Assembly: GCA_902765595.1 (NCBI GenBank)
Contig: CACXAQ010000007.1
Span: 6,373 to 70,372 of the forward strand
Direction: 5' to 3'
From: Oscillospiraceae bacterium
Lineage (GTDB): Bacteria; Bacillota; Clostridia; Oscillospirales; Oscillospiraceae
Length of the DNA stretch: 64,000 nucleotides
The position numbers and the translations under genes were made by a program. The notes under the pieces were generated by a model, which ran no database searches, had not been told where the DNA came from, and worked only from the letters and a program-made list of their open reading frames with translations. Positions within the stretch are counted from its first letter, which is position 1. Every line of letters starts with the position of its first letter. This document shows positions 44,464-53,422 of the stretch, piece by piece.

Positions 44464-46827
44464 ATGAAGAGTATTTCGAGAAAGCTGTTCGGCCTGCTGC
44501 TGGTCCTGGTGATGATCGCCGGCATGATCCCGGCGGCTGCGGCGGAGGAGCCCTATGAGCTCTGGATCGGCGGGGTACAGGTCACCGGGGAGACGACCAG
44601 CGGCGAAGGATGGAGCTTTGATGCCGCAAGCAAGACTCTGACCCTGACCGACGCGGACATTACCACCGCCAACAGTACCGACAATCATGAGGGAGGCGCG
44701 ATCTATGCCGATGGCAAGCTGATCGTGGTGCTCTCCGGAAAGAACAAGCTGTGCAGCGGAGTGCTTGTAAAAAACGGTGAACTCGAGATCAAGGGCAGCG
44801 GCAGCCTGGACATTGATTCTCCGGACACGAATGGCATCTATGTGATGGATGACAGCATGTCCGTTTCGGGCGGCTGCACGGTGAAGGCCAAGGGGATCGG
44901 CAACGGCATTTATGTCGACGGCGACCTTACTGTCACCGGCAGCACCCTGACGGCTTCGACGGACTACGTCGGGCTTTGCGCTGCAAACATCACGATCAAA
45001 GACAGCACTGTGACCGCCACGTCCACGGCCAGGGGCAGTGACGGTATCTATACGTCAGGAAAAATCGAGATCACGGGTACCAGCAAAGTGACTTCCGAAG
45101 GAAATGAACTGGCAATTTACGGTGGCGAAGGGATCAACGTTGGCGAAGGCCTTGTTATCACGGAGCCCGAGGGCGGCCAGATCGATAATAGCACGGTCAA
45201 GCTCAACGGCGCCGTCGCGAAAAAGGTCGTGATAGAGCCGGAGCCGACCTATAGCGTCACGGTTACCGTGGAGCCCGAGGGGGCCGGTACGGCTGCCGCC
45301 GAACCGACTTCCGGCAAGAAGGGCGACCAGATCACGCTGAAGGCTGCGGCCAACGAGGGCTATACCTTCCAGGAGTGGCAGGTGATCTCCGGCGGCGTCA
45401 CCGTGGCGGAGGACAAGTTCACGCTGGGCAAGGAGGACGTGAAGCTCAAGGCCGTGTTCAAGGCTGTCACCTACACCGTACACTTTGACCCCAATGGCGG
45501 CGAGGGGACCATGGAAGACGCCACCGTGAACTACGGCGAGCAGCTGACTCTGCCGGAGTGCGGCTTCACCGCGCCGGAGGGCCAGGAATTCGACCAGTGG
45601 GATGCGGGCAAGCCGGGAGACGCCATCGATGTGACCGGGGACATGACCGTCACGGCCCAGTGGAAGGACGCGGAGCCCCCTGCTCCCGAGACCTATACCG
45701 TGAAGTTTGACCCCAACGGCGGCGAGGGCACCATGGAAGACGCCACCGTCACCGCGGGCGAACAGTACACCCTGCCGGAATGCGGCTTCACCGCGCCGGA
45801 GGGCAAGGAATTCGACCAGTGGGACGCGGGCAAGCCCGGGGACAAGATCGACGTGACCGGGGACATGACCATCAAGGCCCAATGGAAGGACGCGGAGCCG
45901 CCCGCCCCCCAGACCTTCACCGTGCGCTTTGAGTCCAACGGCGGCAGCGCCGTGGAAGAACAGACCGTGAACGAGAACGAGACGGCGCAGAAGCCCGCCA
46001 ACCCCAGTAAAACGGGCTATGCTTTCGCCGGCTGGTACAGCGACAAGGCGCTGACCAAGGCCTATGACTTTGCTTCTCCCGTTACCGCCGACCTCACCCT
46101 CTACGCCAAGTGGAACCCCATCGCCTTTACGGTGAAGTTTGAATCAAACGGCGGCAGCAGAGTTTCGGACCAGCTGGTGCAGAGCGGGAAGACCGCCGCG
46201 GAGCCCAAGGATCCCACCCGGGACGGCTTTGAGTTCGCCGGCTGGTACAGCGACAAGGCGCTGACCAAGGCCTTTGACTTCAAAACGCCCATTACCGCCA
46301 ACATCACCCTCTACGCCAAGTGGGAAGAGGGTGTGAAGTACACGGTGGACGCCATCAGCAACGCCACTGTGACCAAGGGAAAAACCGCGAGCCTGACGAT
46401 CACCGTCAAGCGTTCGCCGGACGATGAGGAGTGCTTCGAGCACTTCAGCGCCGTGGAGGTGGACGGCAAGGAGCTGGTCAAGGCTACGGATTACTCCGCC
46501 AAGGCCGGCAGTACCGTGATCACCTTCAAGAACGCCTACCTGAACAAGCTCACCTCCGGCACCCACACCGTCACCATCCTCTTTGACGACGGCAAGGTCT
46601 CTGCCAGGATCGTGGTCAAGGCCGGCACCGGCGGCGGCGGATCCCGCGCGGCCAGGACCGGCGACGAGAGCACCCCGGGCCTCTGGATCGCGCTGCTGGC
46701 CGGCTCCGCCGTGGTGCTGGCCGGGATCGTGGCTTTCCTGGTGCTTCGGATGAAGAAAGGGAAGGCCCAGCCCCGGGAGATCCCCGCCAAGGAGCAGCCC
46801 CGGAACGATTCTGAACCGAAAGCTTAA
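44464..46827 (+). CDS. large cell-surface protein with Listeria-Bacteroides (InlB B-repeat/Flg_new) repeats and a C-terminal membrane anchor
   Basis: 787 aa. A signal peptide, then repeated modules such as ...FDPNGGEGTMEDATV...LPECGFTAPEG.EFDQWD... and ...ESNGGS.V..Q.V....A..P..P.(K/R).G(Y/F).FAGWYSDKALTKA.DF. The C-terminal TM is followed by RMKKGK. Confidence 0.82.
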   Translation: MKSISRKLFGLLLVLVMIAGMIPAAAAEEPYELWIGGVQVTGETTSGEGWSFDAASKTLTLTDADITTANSTDNHEGGAIYADGKLIVVLSGKNKLCSGVLVKNGELEIKGSGSLDIDSPDTNGIYVMDDSMSVSGGCTVKAKGIGNGIYVDGDLTVTGSTLTASTDYVGLCAANITIKDSTVTATSTARGSDGIYTSGKIEITGTSKVTSEGNELAIYGGEGINVGEGLVITEPEGGQIDNSTVKLNGAVAKKVVIEPEPTYSVTVTVEPEGAGTAAAEPTSGKKGDQITLKAAANEGYTFQEWQVISGGVTVAEDKFTLGKEDVKLKAVFKAVTYTVHFDPNGGEGTMEDATVNYGEQLTLPECGFTAPEGQEFDQWDAGKPGDAIDVTGDMTVTAQWKDAEPPAPETYTVKFDPNGGEGTMEDATVTAGEQYTLPECGFTAPEGKEFDQWDAGKPGDKIDVTGDMTIKAQWKDAEPPAPQTFTVRFESNGGSAVEEQTVNENETAQKPANPSKTGYAFAGWYSDKALTKAYDFASPVTADLTLYAKWNPIAFTVKFESNGGSRVSDQLVQSGKTAAEPKDPTRDGFEFAGWYSDKALTKAFDFKTPITANITLYAKWEEGVKYTVDAISNATVTKGKTASLTITVKRSPDDEECFEHFSAVEVDGKELVKATDYSAKAGSTVITFKNAYLNKLTSGTHTVTILFDDGKVSARIVVKAGTGGGGSRAARTGDESTPGLWIALLAGSAVVLAGIVAFLVLRMKKGKAQPREIPAKEQPRNDSEPKA
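45469..45912 (+). repeat. tandem 222-bp (74-codon) duplication inside the surface-protein gene
   Basis: Units 45469-45690 and 45691-45912 align codon-for-codon with high nucleotide identity (roughly 85-90% by eye). Confidence 0.8.
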
Positions 46828-46865
46828 GTGAAAAAGGACCTCCCCGGCAAGCGCCGGGGAGGTCC

Positions 46866-47011
46866 TCAAGCTGTCGACAAAGTGTCGACAGCTTGAGGCG
46901 CAAAACGGGGAACTTCCGAAAAAGTTCCCCGTTTTGCATAGATTGAACGTGAAGAGGGGACTAACCCCATGCATGTCGGAGCCTTACTGCACGGGTTTGT
47001 CTACAGTCTGA
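46866..47011. mobile_element. MITE-like hairpin-rich element, copy B (146 bp), flanked by a 30-bp duplicated terminator hairpin
   Basis: Same ends and hairpins 1-2 as copy A, with a ~19-bp deletion removing hairpin 3. Flanking direct repeats GGACCTCCCCGGCAAGCGCCGGGGAGGTCC at 46836-46865 and 47012-47041. Confidence 0.7.
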
Positions 47012-47081
47012 GGACCTCCCCGGCAAGCGCCGGGGAGGTCCTTTGCCGTTCCGGGAAGCTTTTGGAAAGCGTATCTTCTCA

Positions 47082-47110
47082 TTGACAAATATTGGTGCGT
47101 CCGATACAAT
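47082..47110 (+). promoter_or_regulatory. sigma-A-type promoter candidate (Gate-domain protein gene)
   Basis: TTGACA, 17-nt spacer, TACAAT. Confidence 0.6.
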
Positions 47111-47258
47111 ATCGGCGGATGCTCCGGGCGAAAAGGTTCCGGGGCTCCGTCAGCCATAGCATTCTTCCGGCACTCCCGTCTGTCGAAACAGGGGAGTGCC
47201 TCTATCCCCGCCCGGGCGGCAGAGAGGCCGGCCGGGCCATGAACCGGAGGATCCTGCC
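47111..47258 (+). promoter_or_regulatory. ~150-nt GC-rich structured leader (unclassified; riboswitch or attenuator candidate)
   Basis: The hairpin GGCACUCCC-13 nt-GGGGAGUGCC is followed by UCUAUCC. Further pairings are GCUCCGGG.../...CCGGGGC and CCCGCCCGGGCGG. I recognise no match to a known riboswitch consensus. Confidence 0.3.
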
Positions 47259-48440
47259 ATGAATGAGCTGAAGCAACAGGCGCCCCAGCGCTATAAAAAA
47301 GAGTTGGGGCTCGAGACCTTTCTGTTCCCCGTGTTTTTCTTTGGCGTTTTCGCGCTGCTCTCCTGGAAAATGGGCCTGGCCAACGCCCTCAACACCATGA
47401 TGAACACCGCCTACGCGCTGCTGATGGAGACGGTGCTGTATCTCACGGCCATCTGCGTCATCATGGGGGCCATCTCCGCGCTGCTGTCGGAGTTTGGCTT
47501 TGTCTCCCTGGCAAACCGGGTGCTCCAGCCGTTGATGAAGCCGGTCTACGGTCTCCCCGGCGCCGCGTCTCTGGGCGTGGTCACCACCTTCCTGTCGGAT
47601 AACCCGGCCATCCTGACCCTGGCGGAGGATCAGAATTTTCGCCATTTCTTCAAGAAGTATCAATTCCCGGCCCTCACCAACCTGGGCACCGCCTTCGGCA
47701 TGGGGCTGATCGTGTGCACCTTCATGTACGGCAGCGCCACCGCCATGGGCCAGCCTTTGGGCATGGCCGTGCTGGTGGGCCTGCTGGGCGCTGTGGTGGG
47801 CAGCGTTGTCAGCACCCGGCTGATGCTGATCTTCACCAAAAAGCTCTACGGGCCCGATGAGCCTATGACCACCCAGGGCGTCAACTCCGACACGCCCCGG
47901 AATATGCGGCCCATCCGCTCCGGCAGCATCGGCAACCGCGTCATGGGCGCCATCCTGGAGGGCGGCCACAGCGGCGTGAAAATGGGCGTGAGCATCGTGC
48001 CCGGCGTGCTGGTGATCTGCACGCTGGTGATGATGCTGACCAAGGGCATGCCCGCGGGCGGCTACACCGGCGCCGCCTACGAGGGCATCGAGCTGCTGCC
48101 CTGGCTGGCCAACAAGATCGACTTTATCCTCCAGCCCCTCTTCGGCTTCTCCTCGCCCGAGGCCATCGGCGTGCCCGTCACCGCCCTGGGCGCTGCGGGC
48201 GCCTCTCTGAGCATGGTGACGGAGCTGATCCGCCAGCATCTGATCGGGCCCAACGACATCGCCGTTTTTACCGCCATGTGCATGTGCTGGAGCGGCTATC
48301 TCAGCACCCACACCTCCATGATGGACAGCCTCAACTGCAAGGAGCTGATCGGCAAGGCCATCCTCTGCCACACCATCGGCGGCCTCTGCGCGGGCATCGC
48401 CGCTCACTGGATCTTCGTGCTGCTGTCCACGGTGTTCTGA
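47259..48440 (+). CDS. membrane protein with nucleoside-recognition (Gate) domains
   Basis: ATG 47259 gives MNELKQQAPQRYKKE... (393 aa). The protein is polytopic, and segments such as LQPLMKPVYGLPGAASLGVVTTFLSDNPAIL resemble Gate/YjiH-SpmA-type proteins. The upstream extension to 47196 was not used. Confidence 0.65.
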   Translation: MNELKQQAPQRYKKELGLETFLFPVFFFGVFALLSWKMGLANALNTMMNTAYALLMETVLYLTAICVIMGAISALLSEFGFVSLANRVLQPLMKPVYGLPGAASLGVVTTFLSDNPAILTLAEDQNFRHFFKKYQFPALTNLGTAFGMGLIVCTFMYGSATAMGQPLGMAVLVGLLGAVVGSVVSTRLMLIFTKKLYGPDEPMTTQGVNSDTPRNMRPIRSGSIGNRVMGAILEGGHSGVKMGVSIVPGVLVICTLVMMLTKGMPAGGYTGAAYEGIELLPWLANKIDFILQPLFGFSSPEAIGVPVTALGAAGASLSMVTELIRQHLIGPNDIAVFTAMCMCWSGYLSTHTSMMDSLNCKELIGKAILCHTIGGLCAGIAAHWIFVLLSTVF

Positions 48441-48515
48441 CTGCCCTAAAAAATCCAAGCTTCAGATTTTCACTTGTGATTCCGCGATGCTGCATCGGGA
48501 AAGGGAGATGCGTCA

Positions 48516-49298
48516 ATGACAAGGATACAAAAGCGCCGGGTCGCGCTGCTGCTTGTTTTCCTGATGATCCTGGCCATGCCGGTCAGCGCGGAGGCCTCCG
48601 GCCGCGGCGTGTACTACCGTCCCTCCCTCACCTTCATCACCCGGAATGCGCCGGAGGATCTGCTGCTGCACATGGAGCTGAACCGGGGCGGCGAGACCGT
48701 CTCGGTGTATCTCTACCGGGAGGACCGGCTCTGGGAGAGCTATTTCCGCTTCTATCATCAGACGGCGCACAACCTGCCCGACTGGCACGGCAGCAGGGCC
48801 GAGTTCCGGGATGCGGTGCTGGTGGCGGAGACCGGCGGCCGGGAGACCCGGATCCCCCTGCCGGAGGAGATGCAGAAAAAGCTGACGATGAACGACTTTT
48901 TCATGCTGGATCTGTCGGATGGCTCCCTGCGCTTCGGCCTGCCCATGGGCCGCGCGGTCTTGCTGTTTTTCCTCCGCCTTGTGCTCACGCTCACAGCCGC
49001 GCTGCTGGTGCTGCGCTTCTTCCAGTATCGCTGGAGGCGGAGCTGGGCCGTGGCGGGGATCGCCCATCTCATCAGCCAGGGCGCGCTGAGCCTCTTCGTG
49101 GCCAACTGGGTCAACTACAACCCCAAAATGATCGCCGTCCACTTTATGGTGATGCTGGCCGTGCTCATCGTCCAGATCCCCGTGTTCTGGTGGCTGCTGG
49201 ATGAAAACGGCAGCGAAACGGGCGTTCGATACGCCTTCTGGTCCAACCTGGCCACCGGCGTGCTCAACTCCGTCTTCCTCATCCATTTCCCGCTGTAA
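48516..49298 (+). CDS. hypothetical exported/membrane protein
   Basis: 260 aa. A signal peptide (…AMPVSAEASG), a ~120-aa extracytoplasmic part and 4 C-terminal TM segments. No recognisable motif. Confidence 0.55.
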   Translation: MTRIQKRRVALLLVFLMILAMPVSAEASGRGVYYRPSLTFITRNAPEDLLLHMELNRGGETVSVYLYREDRLWESYFRFYHQTAHNLPDWHGSRAEFRDAVLVAETGGRETRIPLPEEMQKKLTMNDFFMLDLSDGSLRFGLPMGRAVLLFFLRLVLTLTAALLVLRFFQYRWRRSWAVAGIAHLISQGALSLFVANWVNYNPKMIAVHFMVMLAVLIVQIPVFWWLLDENGSETGVRYAFWSNLATGVLNSVFLIHFPL

Positions 49299-49334
49299 TA
49301 ACAGAACAAAAAAAGCGCTGCAAAAAGCGGCGTC

Positions 49335-49379
49335 ATTGCCGCGACCGGTTCGCAAACTGGTCGCGGCAATCCGTTTTTT
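49335..49379 (+). terminator. intrinsic terminator
   Basis: ATTGCCGCGACC-12 nt-GGTCGCGGCAAT followed by CCGTTTTTT. Confidence 0.8.
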
Positions 49380-49474
49380 CTCACAAGAAGAGACGGATTC
49401 CCACACCAGTGACATCGGTCACGGGTTCGGAATGACGGGTTTGTGCTTTTTGCAGCGCGCCTTTTTCGTGCGGT

Positions 49475-50392
49475 TCATTCCGCTTCGGAGAAGCGGTATT
49501 CCGCCCAGCGGTGGAAATGCTCTCCCGCCCGGAGCAGGATGCTGGGGAAGTCCAGGCGGTTAGGGCTGTCCGGGAAGAACTCCGGCTCCAGGGCGAGACC
49601 GGCGTTGGGGCCGAAGGGCGCCGGCAGGAATTCCCCGGCGTAGACCTGCAGGGCGGGGAAGTCGGTATACAGATCCATGGCGACGCCCCCTGCGCGCAGG
49701 GTGCAGGCGTGCTCGCCGCTCAGGACGAAGGCGTGGTCGTAGTTCCGCCCAAGGGGGCGAAGCTGACGGAAGTCAAAGTCTCCCGCCGTCTCCGGCAGCC
49801 GCCCCGTGGGGATCAGGCCCTCTCCCGGCTCCACGTAGCGGTCGGCCCCCAGCCACAGCTCATCCTCCAGCACGCTCCGGCGGCCGGAGAGATCGAAGTA
49901 CATGTGGTTGGTGGGGGCGTAGACGGTGTCGGCGTCGCTCTCACCCTCAAAGTCCAGCCGCAGGGTCCCGCCGGTGAGGCGGTAGGTGACCGCGGCGGTC
50001 AGACCGCCGGGAAAACCATTGTCCCCGTCGGGGGAGAAGAGGGTGAAGCGCAGGGCCTCGTCGTCCAGGATCTGCGCCGTCCAGCGCCGCTTGTCGTAGG
50101 AATCCGGCCCGCCGTGGAGCTGATTGGGCCCCTCGTTGGGGACGAGGGTCACCCGCTCCCCGTTCAGGGGAAAGGCGGCGCCGCCGATGCGGTTGCCCAC
50201 GCGCCCCACGGTTGCGCCCAGGTAAGCCGTCCCCGCCAGATAGTCCTCCGGCCGGGCATAGCCCAGGATGCGCTCCTTTCCGCGGTAGCGCAGGCTCACC
50301 GCCGTGGCCCCCAAGTCGGTGACAGCCAGGCTCAATTCCTCGGTGGAAAGGGTAAAAAGGGTGTATTCTCCAAAGCTCTCTTGACGGATCAT
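49475..50392 (-). CDS. aldose 1-epimerase (galactose mutarotase) family protein
   Basis: 305 aa. ...GATVGRVGNRIGGAAF...NQLHGG...PTNHMYF... is typical of aldose epimerases. Confidence 0.87.
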   Translation of the reverse strand: MIRQESFGEYTLFTLSTEELSLAVTDLGATAVSLRYRGKERILGYARPEDYLAGTAYLGATVGRVGNRIGGAAFPLNGERVTLVPNEGPNQLHGGPDSYDKRRWTAQILDDEALRFTLFSPDGDNGFPGGLTAAVTYRLTGGTLRLDFEGESDADTVYAPTNHMYFDLSGRRSVLEDELWLGADRYVEPGEGLIPTGRLPETAGDFDFRQLRPLGRNYDHAFVLSGEHACTLRAGGVAMDLYTDFPALQVYAGEFLPAPFGPNAGLALEPEFFPDSPNRLDFPSILLRAGEHFHRWAEYRFSEAE

Positions 50393-50476
50393 GGGTCTGT
50401 CTCCTTTTCGTTGTTTTATACAATTTTGCTTATTATACCATAAGTAATTCTTCTTGACAATTCACAAATAACCGCC

Positions 50477-50505
50477 TTGCACACGCCAAACAACTGTGCT
50501 ATACT
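50477..50505 (+). promoter_or_regulatory. sigma-A-type promoter candidate for gdhA
   Basis: TTGCAC, 17-nt spacer, TATACT with an extended -10 TG. Confidence 0.55.
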
Positions 50506-50547
50506 CTTGGCGGAACGCCCCCAGACAGGGCGAACAGCAAAAAATAA

Positions 50548-51918
<1,371 letters not shown>

Positions 51919-51945
51919 TCCGTCCCCAAACAGCATAAAAGCTCG

Positions 51946-51978
51946 GCTCCGGCGGTCTTCCGACCGCCGGAGCTTTTT
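51946..51978 (+). terminator. intrinsic terminator of gdhA
   Basis: GCTCCGGCGGTC-ttcc-GACCGCCGGAGC followed by TTTTT. Confidence 0.88.
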
Positions 51979-52171
51979 GCACGAAACAGTCCCCGAAATG
52001 TTCGCGCCCGCAGGCGCGAACGGTTTTTCAATCGTCTTTTGCGGGGGCGTGTACCTCGCAAAAGACACTTCTCAGCCCGCAAACGTGCAAATCGGCCTTC
52101 TCGCGCGGCCGATTTGTGCGCTGCCGCGGGCTGCAATCCCCATCCGCCCAAAGGGCATGCCCTTTGGGCGT

Positions 52172-52200
52172 AAAAAAACTCCCCCGGTTGCCCGGGGGAG
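52172..52200 (-). terminator. intrinsic terminator ending the candidate ncRNA
   Basis: On the minus strand: CUCCCCCGG-gcaa-CCGGGGGAG followed by UUUUUUU. Confidence 0.85.
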
Positions 52201-52410
52201 CCCTCCGCGTGTGCCGTGCCGGCTCAGTTGTAACCTGCACATAAGAGCAGGTGGGTCGCCTAAGTTCTGTTTCACTGCTTCCAACGTCCGGCCGAAGCCG
52301 GGAGGCCTGCAATCCGCAGATTCAAATCGGCATCCCTTATAAGAGATGTGGGTTTCATGAGCCGCAAGTCCATCAGGACAACACGCACACCGCAGAAGAT
52401 CTTCTTCTGC
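52201..52410 (-). ncRNA. ~200-nt structured RNA candidate, 6S RNA-like (identity unverified)
   Basis: A non-coding gap with its own promoter (TTCTGA-17-TAGAAT at 52443-52415) and a canonical terminator. The 5' segment CUUCUGCGGUGUGCGUG pairs with the 3' segment CACGGCACACGCGGAGG (~19 bp closing stem). It has large internal loops, an apical CCGGC-UUCG-GCCGG, and a 3'-bubble hairpin ACCUGC-8 nt-GCAGGU followed by UACAAC. Confidence 0.4.
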
Positions 52411-52467
52411 TTGCATTCTACGCGCCGTGCGCTGTTTTCAGAACCGCCGGCCGGCGGCGCGGGAGAA

Positions 52468-52764
52468 TTATTTGTCCTCTTCCTCCTCGTCCTCGTCGTC
52501 AAAGAGCAGGACCATGAAGTGCTCGTACACGTCCTGGAGCTGATCCTCGTCGTCGATGGACTCAAAGAGCTCGTCTCCGTTTTCGTCCTCCACGGAACGC
52601 AGGATCACGATGCCGTAGTCCGGGTCGTCATCCTTCATGTCGGCGGGCAGGAAGGCCACATAGGTCTCACCGTTGTAGGTCATCTCGTCCAGGACCTCCA
52701 GCTCGAACTCCTGGCCGTCATCGTCCACGATGGTGATAAAATCGCTGCCGAATTCTTCGCTCAT
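52468..52764 (-). CDS. DUF1292 domain protein
   Basis: 98 aa. MSEEFGSDFITIVDDDGQEFELEVLDEMTYNGETYVAFLPAD... with an acidic tail. ATG lies 9 nt after AGGAGG. The 258-aa ORF extension was rejected. Confidence 0.85.
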   Translation of the reverse strand: MSEEFGSDFITIVDDDGQEFELEVLDEMTYNGETYVAFLPADMKDDDPDYGIVILRSVEDENGDELFESIDDEDQLQDVYEHFMVLLFDDEDEEEEDK

Positions 52765-52829
52765 ATTCTTCATCCTCCTGTAAAGGCTTGATTTATTGTA
52801 CCCTATGCGGCGGGAGAAATCAACCTCTT

Positions 52830-53171
52830 TTATGAGCCCAGATCTTCCAGCAGCTGCAGCAGCTCCTGCCGGCTGGCCACGGGGAGACCCGCCTCGATCA
52901 TGGCCCGGTCCGCCCGGCGAAGGCCCTCCAGCTCGATCCGGGTGACCTCCACCGGGTCCCGGGCGCGTCTGCCCGGGTATACCGCCACATAGGCGCCGTC
53001 CCGCCGGAGGAAAAAGGCGGCGCTGTCCGCGTTGCGGGCAAAACGGGAATAGATTTCCGCGGGGAACTGCCGGTCCGCAGGCTGACGGAGGCTGCGGACG
53101 GCCTCCGCTCCGGTGAACATCGCCGCCCCGATCAGGCAGAGCAGCAGCGCGATTTTCATTTTCAGGCGCAT
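52830..53171 (-). CDS. hypothetical small exported protein
   Basis: 113 aa counted from MRLKMKIALLLCLIGAAMFTGAEA (signal peptide). No recognisable motif. Confidence 0.5.
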   Translation of the reverse strand: MRLKMKIALLLCLIGAAMFTGAEAVRSLRQPADRQFPAEIYSRFARNADSAAFFLRRDGAYVAVYPGRRARDPVEVTRIELEGLRRADRAMIEAGLPVASRQELLQLLEDLGS

Positions 53172-53422
53172 GATTTGGCCTCCTTTCGGCCCACAGGGAT
53201 ATTCTTTCTCGTAATTGGGAAAATATACAAATTGCAGAGACCAAGGCAAAATCTTAATTTCTGTGAAAATTCACATTTTCTACACCCCACATTGACAAGC
53301 TGTGGTATAATGACACGTAATGTAAAATATCCAGGGTATACCCTTTTCATCTTTGTTTTGAACATGCCCGTTTTCGCCGTCGGCGAAACAGGCTTTACCG
53401 GGAAGGAGGTGTTTCTGTTTCG

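Noticed and set aside
52201-52410. SRP (4.5S/scRNA) identity for the structured RNA, because of CAGG...GGAAGCAG around the apical stem.
   Set aside because: The near-invariant domain IV core (GGUCC-GGAA-GGAAGCAGC with a GNRA loop) is absent and is replaced by an extended stem with a UUCG loop. The size and shape fit 6S better. The question is still unresolved without a covariance-model search.
52468-53249. The 258-aa and 139-aa ORFs spanning the DUF1292 gene and the next gene.
   Set aside because: Only the last 98 codons are DUF1292-like and are preceded by AGGAGG. The upstream part is Pro/Gly/Arg-rich read-through of another frame. The separate 113-aa exported protein starts at MRLKMKIALL.
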